Assembly (NCBI GenBank): GCA_037969075.1
Contig: JBBKWS010000101.1
Location: forward strand, 1-15,358
Direction: 5' to 3'
DNA: 15,358 bases
Source: Bdellovibrionales bacterium
GTDB taxonomy: Bacteria > Bdellovibrionota > Bdellovibrionia > Bdellovibrionales > UBA840
Position 1 is the first letter of the stretch; each line of letters begins with the position of its first letter. A model generated the notes under the pieces. It was not told the origin of the DNA. It saw nothing but the letters and a program-made list of their open reading frames with translations, and searched no databases. The translations under genes were made by a program, and so were the position numbers. This document shows, piece by piece, positions 1-8,188 of this stretch.

Positions 1-707
1 CCAAACTCTCTCTCTGTAGGATCATCATGGTACAATGAATCCATACCCACTTGCATTAGCTCGGACTGTAGCTTTTTAACCAATTGCACCGGAATATCTT
101 CGCGAGTTTTCGTTACATCTCTTACTTTACGAATTTCACCATTAAGCGGATCTTTTTCTAATTCGCCTGATTCTAATAATTTTTGCAGGGCCTCTTTTAC
201 TTCCGCAGGCTTTACATTACCACGTAGTAATTGATGTATATTATCAGATTCAAGATCAGCGCCTTTTAAATCAGCCATTTCATAAATCACCCAAGTGATC
301 CAAGAGGGAATGTTTTCCCAAACCTCTTGTTTGATTTCTCCCGTCTGAATCTTTTTCTTTACTCGTAATTCTGCGAGCTCTCGTAAAAATAAATTTCTCT
401 CTTCATTTTTTGCTGCCTGTCCAAATTTAACCATGATGGCAAACTCTTGTGTTTGCTCTTTATCAAGGCCAATGGCTTTTGCAAACTTTAGCGCCATATC
501 ATCTGATAGGTTTCTTTTAGATTCGATCACTAACTTTAAATAGTTAGGCGATTTAATATCTGCACGGGCCGAGAAGACTGTATAACTATACGATCTTTCA
601 GTTTTTCTTTTGTACTGATAGAAATCTTTTAAATAGAGTCTGTAATCTGCGTAGTCTGAAATTACAGGATTAGTAACCAACTTGGTCTCAACCGAAATCA
701 CATCCAT
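1..707 (-). CDS. TIGR02147 family protein (DUF4423-associated, putative DNA-binding); 3' end runs off the window
   Basis: Not in the ORF track; translated by hand from ATG at 707: MDVISVETKLVTNPVISDYADYRLYLKDFYQYKRKTERSYSYTVFSARADIKSPNYLKLVIESKRNLSDDMALKFAKAIGL...W..IPSWITWVIYEM...KLQSELM...DDPTEREF. The DYRxYLxDFY, FSxxAxxxSPNYLKLVI and REF patterns are typical of the family. GGGGGA Shine-Dalgarno-like sequence upstream. Confidence 0.85.
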   Translation of the reverse strand, partial: MDVISVETKLVTNPVISDYADYRLYLKDFYQYKRKTERSYSYTVFSARADIKSPNYLKLVIESKRNLSDDMALKFAKAIGLDKEQTQEFAIMVKFGQAAKNEERNLFLRELAELRVKKKIQTGEIKQEVWENIPSWITWVIYEMADLKGADLESDNIHQLLRGNVKPAEVKEALQKLLESGELEKDPLNGEIRKVRDVTKTREDIPVQLVKKLQSELMQVGMDSLYHDDPTEREF

Positions 708-768
708 GTTTCGAATCCCCCTATCTAAAGTATTTCTAAAAGATCAGGGTTTCTCAAGATAAAAACTG

Positions 769-783
769 GCCCAAAGTTTGGGC
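769..783. promoter_or_regulatory. 15-bp palindrome GCCCAAA-G-TTTGGGC, candidate operator upstream of the TIGR02147 gene
   Basis: Perfect 7-bp inverted repeat about 60 bp upstream of ATG 707; shares geometry and flank with 9898-9912. Confidence 0.4.
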
Positions 784-855
784 ACATGAAATAGGCTTAT
801 GTAGTATTTGTTTATTCGGGCAGCATAAGAGCAAAAAATGAAATTTAATAAAAAG

Positions 856-923
856 TTATCCGCAATTTCCACATGATTATCCACATTTATATCATGTTTA
901 CACAATAGTTATTAATATTAGTA
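856..923 (+). promoter_or_regulatory. DnaA-box cluster with adjacent DnaA-trio-like repeats (candidate oriC or DnaA-binding locus)
   Basis: TTATCCGCA 856-864, ATTTCCACA 865-873, perfect TTATCCACA 877-885 and GTTTACACA 896-904, all co-oriented and each within one mismatch of TTWTNCACA. They are followed by TTA TTA ATA TTA GTA (909-923). 841-930 has 19 G+C in 90 nt by hand count. Confidence 0.6.
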
Positions 924-1129
924 ATTTAAGCTGATAACATCTGGGAATGAGTTCATCAAAAATGCCCTATTTTTAATATAAAGATGCCTAAGTTTTAAAA
1001 ACTTACGCATAATTTGTGCCTGATAATATTTTATGCATCCTGCTTTTCCATCACAATTATAAGTAAAAGAATTCAAAATAAATGTAAAAAAAGAACACAC
1101 GCTGCTCATTCTCAATACATTTTCAACAA

Positions 1130-1150
1130 ATGACATTCACATGACATTCA
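1130..1150 (+). promoter_or_regulatory. HemR-type (OmpR/PhoB family) binding box TGACA-N6-TGACA upstream of hemA
   Basis: ATGACATTCA occurs twice at 11-bp period (1130-1139, 1141-1150); core TGACA TTCACA TGACA at 1131-1146, ending 35 bp before the hemA ATG. Matches the box described for Leptospira HemR. Confidence 0.75.
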
Positions 1151-1181
1151 TTATTAAGGATCTTGCTACAAGTTATTTGGG

Positions 1182-2348
1182 ATGAAACAAAACTATTTTG
1201 CTTTAGCTTCTTATCATATTAAAGACTTTGGTGTGCAAGGCCTTACACATATTGCTTTGCCCGAAAAACGCCTCTTCGAACAATTAAAAGAAAAGCTAAA
1301 TATTCCTGGAGTGAAAGGTTTGTTTTATATTCAAACCTGCAACCGCATTGAGTATTTATATTCGATCACCAGTGATACTAAATTAGAGAACAAGTTTGAT
1401 TCACTGTTTCCGCAAATCACTAAGCGCTTTTATACAGACGAGAAAGAAATCGTAGATCATTTACTTTCTGTTTGCCTATCAAAAGACTCTTTGGTCTTTG
1501 GCGAAAACCAAATACTTGGACAATTTAAAAAAGCTTACTCGGATGCCAACGAACATGCGTTTCTTAATCGTGATTTACATCATTTACTAAAATTAGTTTT
1601 ACAAGAGGCAAAGCGCGTTCGCTCAGAATGTAACTTTAGACATTTTCCTACTTCTATGTCGGCACTTGCTGCAAAAAGAATTCAGCATATTGTTAAACCT
1701 GATGCTAGCATCCTTTTTGTTGGAGCCGGAGAAACCAACGAGTTAGTTGCTAGGCACTTATTAAAAAAAGATTTTCGTAATTTCTTTTGGTTAAATCGTA
1801 CAGAGTCAAAAGCTGCCGCTATGGCTAAAACTACAGCTGGCGTTAGTTTATCATGGAGGCAATTATTACAGCAAAACAATAACTTTGATGTAGTAATTAC
1901 TGCCACAAGTGCAGGCGAAATTTTATTTGAGCAAAGTATGTTAGATAAATTAGGGGCAAAACTTGCGATTGATTTATCTGTTCCTGCAAATATTAATACT
2001 CCAAACTCAGCTTCATTTTTATTTTACAATGTTGAAAGTTTTAAAGCTGATCTAAATAGTGTCTCAAAAGAAAGTCAGGTGTTTTTACAAACGCTCAATC
2101 AAAAAATTTCCGAGAGCACAGACTGTATCCAGCAGCACTTACAATTAGATCGCTTATCACCACTATTAACTAAATATCACCAAAATCAGCAAGAGATACT
2201 TGCTAGACATAAATTAGAATTAGAAAAAAATCTAGCCGATACAGACGATAAAGAAAAAATCATGATTTGGTTTGAAAAAACATTTAAAGAGCTTAGTCAT
2301 CAAAACTTAATAGAAATAAAAAAAGCCCTTAGCTATGTCCGCTCTTAA
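1182..2348 (+). CDS. hemA: glutamyl-tRNA reductase
   Basis: Catalytic TCNRIE motif, DSLVFGENQILGQFKKAY, NADPH-binding VGAGET, NRT and IDLSVP motifs; first gene of the hem cluster. Confidence 0.95.
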   Translation: MKQNYFALASYHIKDFGVQGLTHIALPEKRLFEQLKEKLNIPGVKGLFYIQTCNRIEYLYSITSDTKLENKFDSLFPQITKRFYTDEKEIVDHLLSVCLSKDSLVFGENQILGQFKKAYSDANEHAFLNRDLHHLLKLVLQEAKRVRSECNFRHFPTSMSALAAKRIQHIVKPDASILFVGAGETNELVARHLLKKDFRNFFWLNRTESKAAAMAKTTAGVSLSWRQLLQQNNNFDVVITATSAGEILFEQSMLDKLGAKLAIDLSVPANINTPNSASFLFYNVESFKADLNSVSKESQVFLQTLNQKISESTDCIQQHLQLDRLSPLLTKYHQNQQEILARHKLELEKNLADTDDKEKIMIWFEKTFKELSHQNLIEIKKALSYVRS

Positions 2349-3852
2349 AATTGGCACGCGCGGAAGTGACTTAGCTCTCTTTCAAGCAAACTTAGTAAAA
2401 GCCTCCATAGAAAAACTTGGTTATCCCTGCATAATTAAAATTATTAAAACATCTGGCGATATTGATCAAAGAGACTTTAGAGCCATCGCCGGCGATGGTT
2501 TTTTTACTAAGGAAATCGAGCGTCAGCTATTGGCGGCTGAAATCGATATTGCTGTTCATTCTTGTAAAGACTTACCTTCTCTTACCCATAGAGACCTGCC
2601 TTGGGTGGCATTTTCAGAAAGAGAAGATCCTCGTGATATCTTGCTTAGTCGTAAAGATACAAAAGTTAAAACTATCGGGACCTCTTCTCCAAGACGAAAA
2701 GCGCAACTGCAAGAGGCCTATCCTGATGCTGAAATTTTACCGCTTCGCGGGAATGTTCCGACGAGGGTTGAAAAACTTGTTAGCGGAAAATATGATGCGA
2801 TCGTTTTAGCAAAAGCTGGGTTTACCCGATTAAAACTAGAGGTTCCCACTGGCTTTTCTATTACAGAATTAGATTTTGTAACCGCCCCCTGCCAAGGCAT
2901 ATTAGCTGTTCAATCTCACCAAAAGCACTTTTGGTTACTTGAAAAAATAGCTAACCCAGAATTAACTTTACAAGCTTTTGGTGAAAAAGAAGTTTTACGT
3001 CTATTAGGCGGTGGCTGTCATTTGGCCGTCGGAATTGATTTAAGAAAAAATAGCTTTGCCTATTTTGAAAACGATAAGAGCTATAGCGTCACTTCATCGA
3101 CCACCGCATTTGATTTTTATTCCGAGATTTTATCTACTTTGAGTAATAATTTTACGAATCCTAAAGTAGTACTCACTCACACGCTTTCCCATCAATTAAA
3201 AGTAGCAAAACTTTTTCGCGAAAAAGGCCTTGGCGCAAGCCCCTGGCCGTTAATGGATGTACAGTCTGTGGTTTTACCACAAGATATGGATACTACTAAA
3301 CTTAAACCAAACCTAGTATTTACCAGTCAGCATGCGGTTAAAATTTACTTGATGGAGCTACTGTCGACGAATGGAACTTTAGATGCTCTACGCCAAAAGC
3401 ATATATATACAATTGGTAAAGCTACAACACGTGCCGCAGAGAGCTTCGGTTTACAAGTAGCCGCCGAATCAAAACGAGCTGACTCGACAAGTCTTGCAAA
3501 TGCAATGAAGGATTTACAGGATAAAATCACTTATATCGGCAACAAGGACTCTGCTTTTAGAAGTAAATTAAAAACAGATTTTATTGAAGTCTATCAGACT
3601 ATTCCAACCAGTCCCTTCTGGCGCGGTTGGCAGCCCGCAGCAGGAAGTAGTATCGTCTTCTGTAGCCCTAGCACAGTGAAGGTTGCCGTAGATTTACTTT
3701 CCCTTTCGGCTCTAAAAGAGTTAAAGGTATATGCATTCGGACCTATAACCAGCAAAGCGCTAGAGGCCTATCAGATACCACATCAAGTGAATCCAACCTC
3801 TGGCTCTTGGGAAGAAATGTCCCTACTATTGCGTAATGATCTAAAGAGGTAA
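2335..3852 (+). CDS. hemC: hydroxymethylbilane synthase fused to uroporphyrinogen-III synthase (HemC-HemD)
   Basis: IGTRGSDLALFQA, DIAVHSCKDLP, GTSSPRR, LRGNVPTR and LGGGC (cofactor Cys). The C-terminal ~230 aa carry HemD motifs LVFTSQHAV, IGKAT, IVFCSPSTV and FGPITSKAL. Confidence 0.93.
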   Translation: MSALKIGTRGSDLALFQANLVKASIEKLGYPCIIKIIKTSGDIDQRDFRAIAGDGFFTKEIERQLLAAEIDIAVHSCKDLPSLTHRDLPWVAFSEREDPRDILLSRKDTKVKTIGTSSPRRKAQLQEAYPDAEILPLRGNVPTRVEKLVSGKYDAIVLAKAGFTRLKLEVPTGFSITELDFVTAPCQGILAVQSHQKHFWLLEKIANPELTLQAFGEKEVLRLLGGGCHLAVGIDLRKNSFAYFENDKSYSVTSSTTAFDFYSEILSTLSNNFTNPKVVLTHTLSHQLKVAKLFREKGLGASPWPLMDVQSVVLPQDMDTTKLKPNLVFTSQHAVKIYLMELLSTNGTLDALRQKHIYTIGKATTRAAESFGLQVAAESKRADSTSLANAMKDLQDKITYIGNKDSAFRSKLKTDFIEVYQTIPTSPFWRGWQPAAGSSIVFCSPSTVKVAVDLLSLSALKELKVYAFGPITSKALEAYQIPHQVNPTSGSWEEMSLLLRNDLKR

Positions 3853-3854
3853 AA

Positions 3855-5129
3855 ATGAATTTAGAAAAATCACAAAGTCTATTTGAGCGATCTAGAAAAG
3901 TGGCTCCAGGTGGAGTTCATTCTCCTGTAAGAGCCTTCTTATCTGTTGGTGGTAGCCCCATTTTTTTTAAAGAAGGAAAGGGCGCTAAGCTAATTGATGA
4001 AGATAATAACACCTACACAGATTATTGCATGAGCTGGGGCGCACTTGCTTTAGGTCATGCCCATCCAAAGGTAACTCCTGCAATCCAAGCACAAGTAGCA
4101 CTTGGAACTCACTATGGTAGCCCTACAAAACTAGATGTTGAATTGGCTGAGATGGCACTTGAATCTATTAAACCATTTGAAAAGATTCGCTTTGTAAACT
4201 CAGGGACTGAAGCGGTGATGACTGCTATCCGATTAGCACGCGGACTAACACAAAAAGATAAAATCATAAAAGTAAATGGTGCTTACCATGGTCATGTAGA
4301 TTCGCTTTTAGTAAGTGCGGGATCTGGTTTAGTGACACAAGGACAGTCTTCATCTATAGGTGTAACAAAAGCATTGGTACAAGATACTTTGGTGGTTCCA
4401 TATAATAATTTAGAAGCTCTAGAAGTTGCTTTTAAAGAATACGGCGATCAAATCGCTGCCATCATCTTAGAGCCTATTTTAGCAAACAGTGGTTTGTTTG
4501 AATTTGACAAAAAGTACTTAGATCGTTGTCGTGAACTCTGTGACAAAAACTCTGCTCTTTTAATTTTTGATGAAGTAATCACTGGGTTTCGTGTAAATGC
4601 GGGCGGCTCGATGAGAAAGTATGGCATTCAACCAGATATGGCCACCTACGGAAAGATCTTAGGCGGTGGTATGCCAGTGGGAGCTATAGCATCTTTTTCT
4701 AAATTCTTAGAAGGTCTTGCTCCAACAGGCCAGGTCTATCAAGCCGGGACCTTAAGCGGAAACCCAGTAACAATGGCCGCTGGTATTGCTGGCTTTAAAG
4801 TAATGCGAGATGAAAAATTTTATGAGCACGTAGAGCGCTTAGGTAAAATTTTAGACGTAGAGCTTGAGACTGCAAAGAAAACATCTAAGATTCCTTTTAG
4901 CTACCGCCGCATTGGTTCCATATTTTGGTTTGTACCAGGAACCACAGAACTTCCTACAGGTCCAAATGATATTCCGGCAATTGCAGCAGAGACGCACAAA
5001 AAAATATATCACCAGTTATTAGAAAAAGGCATTTACATGTCTCCTTCTGTCTATGAAGTCGCCTTTATTTCTTTGGCGCATACAGAAGATGACATAAGGT
5101 ATTTAGCAAGGTGCATAGGAGAGCTGTGA
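3855..5129 (+). CDS. hemL: glutamate-1-semialdehyde 2,1-aminomutase
   Basis: PGGVHSPVRAF, RFVNSGTEAVM, IFDEVITGFR, YGKILGGGMPVG (PLP lysine), YQAGTLSGNP. Confidence 0.97.
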   Translation: MNLEKSQSLFERSRKVAPGGVHSPVRAFLSVGGSPIFFKEGKGAKLIDEDNNTYTDYCMSWGALALGHAHPKVTPAIQAQVALGTHYGSPTKLDVELAEMALESIKPFEKIRFVNSGTEAVMTAIRLARGLTQKDKIIKVNGAYHGHVDSLLVSAGSGLVTQGQSSSIGVTKALVQDTLVVPYNNLEALEVAFKEYGDQIAAIILEPILANSGLFEFDKKYLDRCRELCDKNSALLIFDEVITGFRVNAGGSMRKYGIQPDMATYGKILGGGMPVGAIASFSKFLEGLAPTGQVYQAGTLSGNPVTMAAGIAGFKVMRDEKFYEHVERLGKILDVELETAKKTSKIPFSYRRIGSIFWFVPGTTELPTGPNDIPAIAAETHKKIYHQLLEKGIYMSPSVYEVAFISLAHTEDDIRYLARCIGEL

Positions 5130-6052
5130 AATCAACAAGATGGGCCTTTTTAGCTCTGGCCATATTAGCCAGTATTCAAGTCTTATGGTGGGCCTACTTG
5201 GTCATTCACCAACAAAGTCTTATTGCTGAGCTAGTAGGGACTGTTGAATCTCTAGAAAAAGCTAGAAACTATAGAATCATGGTTATCTTTGAAGGAGCTT
5301 TTTTTACTTTTGTCTGGGGCCTTGGCGTTTGGTACGTTTATAGATCGATTAAAGGACAGATTACTCTGCAAGAAGAAAGACAATCGTTTTTAAGTGCAGT
5401 CACACATGAATTAAAAACACCCTTATCAACTATTCAACTAAGCCTAGAGACAATCACTAGACCGCAAATAACAGAAGAACAAAAAAATAATTTTATCAAT
5501 CGCTCGCTTAAAGCATGTAAAAAGTTATTTAATGAAATTGAGACCATACTTACCTACAATGAATCTGAAAAATTATCTGCTAAAGAGATATTTCAATTAA
5601 ACGATTTTATTAATGATATAAAATCAGACTTAGATGAATATATTATATTAGACACGAACAACACTGACGCTCTGTTATTTGCCAGCTATGTAGAATCCAA
5701 ATCTATCTTAAAAAATATTATTGATAACGCTATAAAGTATTCATCTACTGCAAATCCGGCACAAATTCATTTATCGATTACTGCAAATAAAACCACTGTC
5801 CAAATAACCGTAAAAGACAATGGTATCGGTTTAAGTGAGGATGAGGTAACAAAAATATTTACACCATTTTGGCGCAGCGAAACCGCAAAAGACTTGGCTT
5901 TAGAGGGATCAGGACTTGGCTTAACCTTAAGTATGAAACTTGCTAAGAAAAATTCTGTAAGCTTAAAAGTCACAAGTTCGGGTCTTGGACAGGGCACACA
6001 GGTAGATTTAGTTTGGCCGATATATACTAGGAAAATACATGCAGAAAGCTAA
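5126..6052 (+). CDS. membrane sensor histidine kinase, Leptospira HemK(Hklep)-like
   Basis: Two hydrophobic N-terminal segments around a short loop; H-box THELKTPL, N-box NIIDNAIKYS, G1 DNGIG, F IFTPFWRS, G2 GSGLGL. Start moved from 5111 to GTG 5126 (GTGA overlap with the hemL stop, AGGAG at 5117-5121). Confidence 0.92.
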   Translation: MKSTRWAFLALAILASIQVLWWAYLVIHQQSLIAELVGTVESLEKARNYRIMVIFEGAFFTFVWGLGVWYVYRSIKGQITLQEERQSFLSAVTHELKTPLSTIQLSLETITRPQITEEQKNNFINRSLKACKKLFNEIETILTYNESEKLSAKEIFQLNDFINDIKSDLDEYIILDTNNTDALLFASYVESKSILKNIIDNAIKYSSTANPAQIHLSITANKTTVQITVKDNGIGLSEDEVTKIFTPFWRSETAKDLALEGSGLGLTLSMKLAKKNSVSLKVTSSGLGQGTQVDLVWPIYTRKIHAES

Positions 6053-6734
6053 AATCTTACTTGTCGAAGATGATGCTTTCTTAGGCGCTAGTATCGCCGA
6101 AAGTTTACAGATAGAAGGTCATCAAGTAGATTGGGTAAAAGACGGAACCCGTGGACTAGATGCGGCTAAAGCCGGTCTACATGATTTAGTTTTGCTTGAT
6201 ATTATGCTGCCTTATAAAAATGGTCTTGAGGTCTTAAAAGAACTTCGCGAGACGAGTAATATACCAACTATATTTTTAACAGCACGTACAACACAAAAAG
6301 ATAAGATTGAGGGATTAAGACTGCAAGCTGACGACTACATTACCAAGCCTTTTCATTTAGAAGAATTGTTACTTAGAATTCAAACCGTTTTACGGCGCAA
6401 ATCAACGCCAGAATACGCAGAGGCGGCCTTTACTTTAAATGACTGCTGTATTGACCTAAAGGCACATAGTTTAAAAACTCGAGAAGGCATCACCGAAATT
6501 TTAAGTGAAAAAGAAGTTCGTCTTCTTAGATTACTTTTTACCAACAAAAATAAAGTGGTAACAAGAGAAGAAATTTTAAATTTGGTCTGGGGCTATGAGC
6601 AGGGATCAAATACTCGAAGCGTAGACAATATGATTTTAAAATTTAGAAAATGGATAGAGATCAACCCATCTGAGCCTAAGTTTATACTTTCAATCAGAGG
6701 TGTGGGTTACTCATTACACTGGGAGGAAGCATGA
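6039..6734 (+). CDS. OmpR/PhoB-family response regulator, Leptospira HemR(Rrlep)-like
   Basis: Receiver motifs LLVEDD, LLDIMLP, FLTA and KPF; winged-helix TRSVDNMILKFRKWIE...IRGVGY. Confidence 0.94.
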   Translation: MQKAKILLVEDDAFLGASIAESLQIEGHQVDWVKDGTRGLDAAKAGLHDLVLLDIMLPYKNGLEVLKELRETSNIPTIFLTARTTQKDKIEGLRLQADDYITKPFHLEELLLRIQTVLRRKSTPEYAEAAFTLNDCCIDLKAHSLKTREGITEILSEKEVRLLRLLFTNKNKVVTREEILNLVWGYEQGSNTRSVDNMILKFRKWIEINPSEPKFILSIRGVGYSLHWEEA

Positions 6735-7744
6735 CTTCTACTTTCTTAGATGCTGTTAATAGAAAAAACAAGAGCCACATACCCGTTTGGTTTATGAGAC
6801 AGGCAGGGCGCTACCTGCCTGAATATATGAAACTAAAAAATGTGCATTCTTTTAGAACCCGCACACACACGCCTGATCTCATGACAGAGATTACTATGCA
6901 GCCTATGCGACGCTACAAAATGGACGCTGCCATTATGTTTTCAGATATTTTGACTTGCCTAGAGTATATGGGAGCTGAGTTTGATTTTACAGGCGAAGGG
7001 CCAAAGCTTGCAACCGCTGGTGTTTCGACTCTTAAAGAAATTCATCCCCTAAATGTTAAAGATATGAGCTTTGTGTATGAAGGTATTAAAAAAATTAATA
7101 CAGAGTTAACCGATCGACCACTTGTTGGGTTTGTAGGGGCCCCGTTTACACTTTGCTCTTATATTATTGAAGGTGGAACCTCTAAAGAGTTTCTAAAAAC
7201 AAAGAATTTTATGTATTCTTCTCCGAAAGAATTTCACAAGGCTATGGAAATTTTGGCTTCATCGGTTGGAAACTATTTGGCTGAGCAAATGAAGTCTGGG
7301 GTTGAAGCCGTGCAAATTTTTGATTCATGGGTAGGTTTTTTAAATGAAGATGATTACCGCACTCACCTTCTTCCTCATATGAAAGACCTAGTAAGCCTAG
7401 CCAGAAAAGGTGGAAAACCTATTATTCTTTATTCGCAACCAACAAGCCACTTACTACCCGCGCTAAAAGAGGTGGGGGCCGACGTATATAGTATTGATTG
7501 GAGAATGAAACTTACAGATGCTGCCAAGATTCTTGGGGACAATGTAGCGATTCAAGGAAACTTAGATCCTGCAGTTACTACCTTAGAGTGGAATGAAGCG
7601 AAACCATTTGTAGATAGAGTCTTAGCTGACGCTACAAAGGCTGGAATTAGAGATAGATATATTTTTAACGTAGGACATGGAGTGAACCCCACAACAAAGC
7701 CTGATACGATTGGCTCGATTGTGGAGTATGTGCACTCTAAGTAA
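6731..7744 (+). CDS. hemE: uroporphyrinogen decarboxylase
   Basis: PVWFMRQAGRYLPEY, DAAIMFSDIL, GFVGAPFTL, QIFDSW, QGNLDP, IFNVGHG; ATGA overlap with the regulator and GGAGG SD. Confidence 0.97.
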   Translation: MTSTFLDAVNRKNKSHIPVWFMRQAGRYLPEYMKLKNVHSFRTRTHTPDLMTEITMQPMRRYKMDAAIMFSDILTCLEYMGAEFDFTGEGPKLATAGVSTLKEIHPLNVKDMSFVYEGIKKINTELTDRPLVGFVGAPFTLCSYIIEGGTSKEFLKTKNFMYSSPKEFHKAMEILASSVGNYLAEQMKSGVEAVQIFDSWVGFLNEDDYRTHLLPHMKDLVSLARKGGKPIILYSQPTSHLLPALKEVGADVYSIDWRMKLTDAAKILGDNVAIQGNLDPAVTTLEWNEAKPFVDRVLADATKAGIRDRYIFNVGHGVNPTTKPDTIGSIVEYVHSK

Positions 7745-7746
7745 AC

Positions 7747-8052
7747 TTACTCGGCGCAAACTTCCATTACTGAACCGTCTAGGCCAACATTGATAGATTT
7801 AGCCGTTACCCAAGTATAAATCATTCGGTTTCTTAGGCGGTCGTAACCCGCTTGCTTAACTTGAAGCTCAACTAAGTATGATTTTCCTTCGGGCATACAT
7901 GGATTATCATCTGTATTTTCAACTGTCGTAGTAACTGTTCTAATATCATTTTTTTTCATGTTTTTTGCCACTCTTGCCGTAGTCGAATTGCCTGCAAAAG
8001 CTGTAGCTGACAACAACATAAGTGAAAATATAATTGCGCTTAGTGATTTCAT
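7747..8052 (-). CDS. small secreted hypothetical protein
   Basis: Sec signal peptide ending ATAFA-G, AGGAG SD, two Cys (possible disulfide). Confidence 0.8.
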   Translation of the reverse strand: MKSLSAIIFSLMLLSATAFAGNSTTARVAKNMKKNDIRTVTTTVENTDDNPCMPEGKSYLVELQVKQAGYDRLRNRMIYTWVTAKSINVGLDGSVMEVCAE

Positions 8053-8084
8053 AAAGACTCCTATTTACGTTTACTAATAGGCGC

Positions 8085-8093
8085 ATTATATCA
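8085..8093 (-). promoter_or_regulatory. extended -10 sigma70-type promoter (TGaTATAAT) for the 7747-8052 gene
   Basis: Minus strand reads TGATATAAT about 32 bp upstream of the ATG; no good -35. Confidence 0.5.
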
Positions 8094-8143
8094 GTGTTTT
8101 GTGCATATTACATAGGGCATATAGAAGTTATAAAACTTTCAAT

Positions 8144-8167
8144 AACTGTATATGGAAATATACAGTT
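8144..8167. repeat. perfect hairpin AACTGTATAT-GGAA-ATATACAGTT just downstream of the transposase gene
   Basis: 10-bp inverted repeat with a 4-nt loop, 21 bp beyond the stop at 8189; could be a weak terminator, operator or HUH-substrate hairpin. Confidence 0.6.
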
Positions 8168-8188
8168 GCTAACTCGTATCTTGTAATA

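Noticed and set aside
812..847. CCGAATAA as a sigma28 -10 for the TIGR02147 gene
   Set aside because: No TAAA-like -35 at 15-16 nt spacing.
918..1136. 72-aa minus-strand ORF in the intergenic region
   Set aside because: No recognisable motif or SD; overlaps the HemR-like box and the trio region; likely a chance ORF in AT-rich regulatory DNA.
1130..1150. Reading the direct repeat as a phosphate PHO box (TGTCAT twice on the minus strand)
   Set aside because: Cannot be excluded, but its position before hemA and the exact HemR consensus with a cognate regulator in the operon explain it better.
1682..5997. Short ORFs 1682-1906, 2462-2809, 2718-2900, 3345-3530, 5767-5997
   Set aside because: Shadow or alternate-frame ORFs entirely inside well-supported hem and kinase genes.
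8060..8081. CCTATT/AATAGG stem covering the SD of the 7747-8052 gene
   Set aside because: The predicted transcription start (~8078) would remove part of the 5' arm, so the stem is unlikely to form.
8146..8165. CTGT...ACAG as a LexA (SOS) box
   Set aside because: The spacer is 12 nt rather than the 8 nt of the E. coli-type box.
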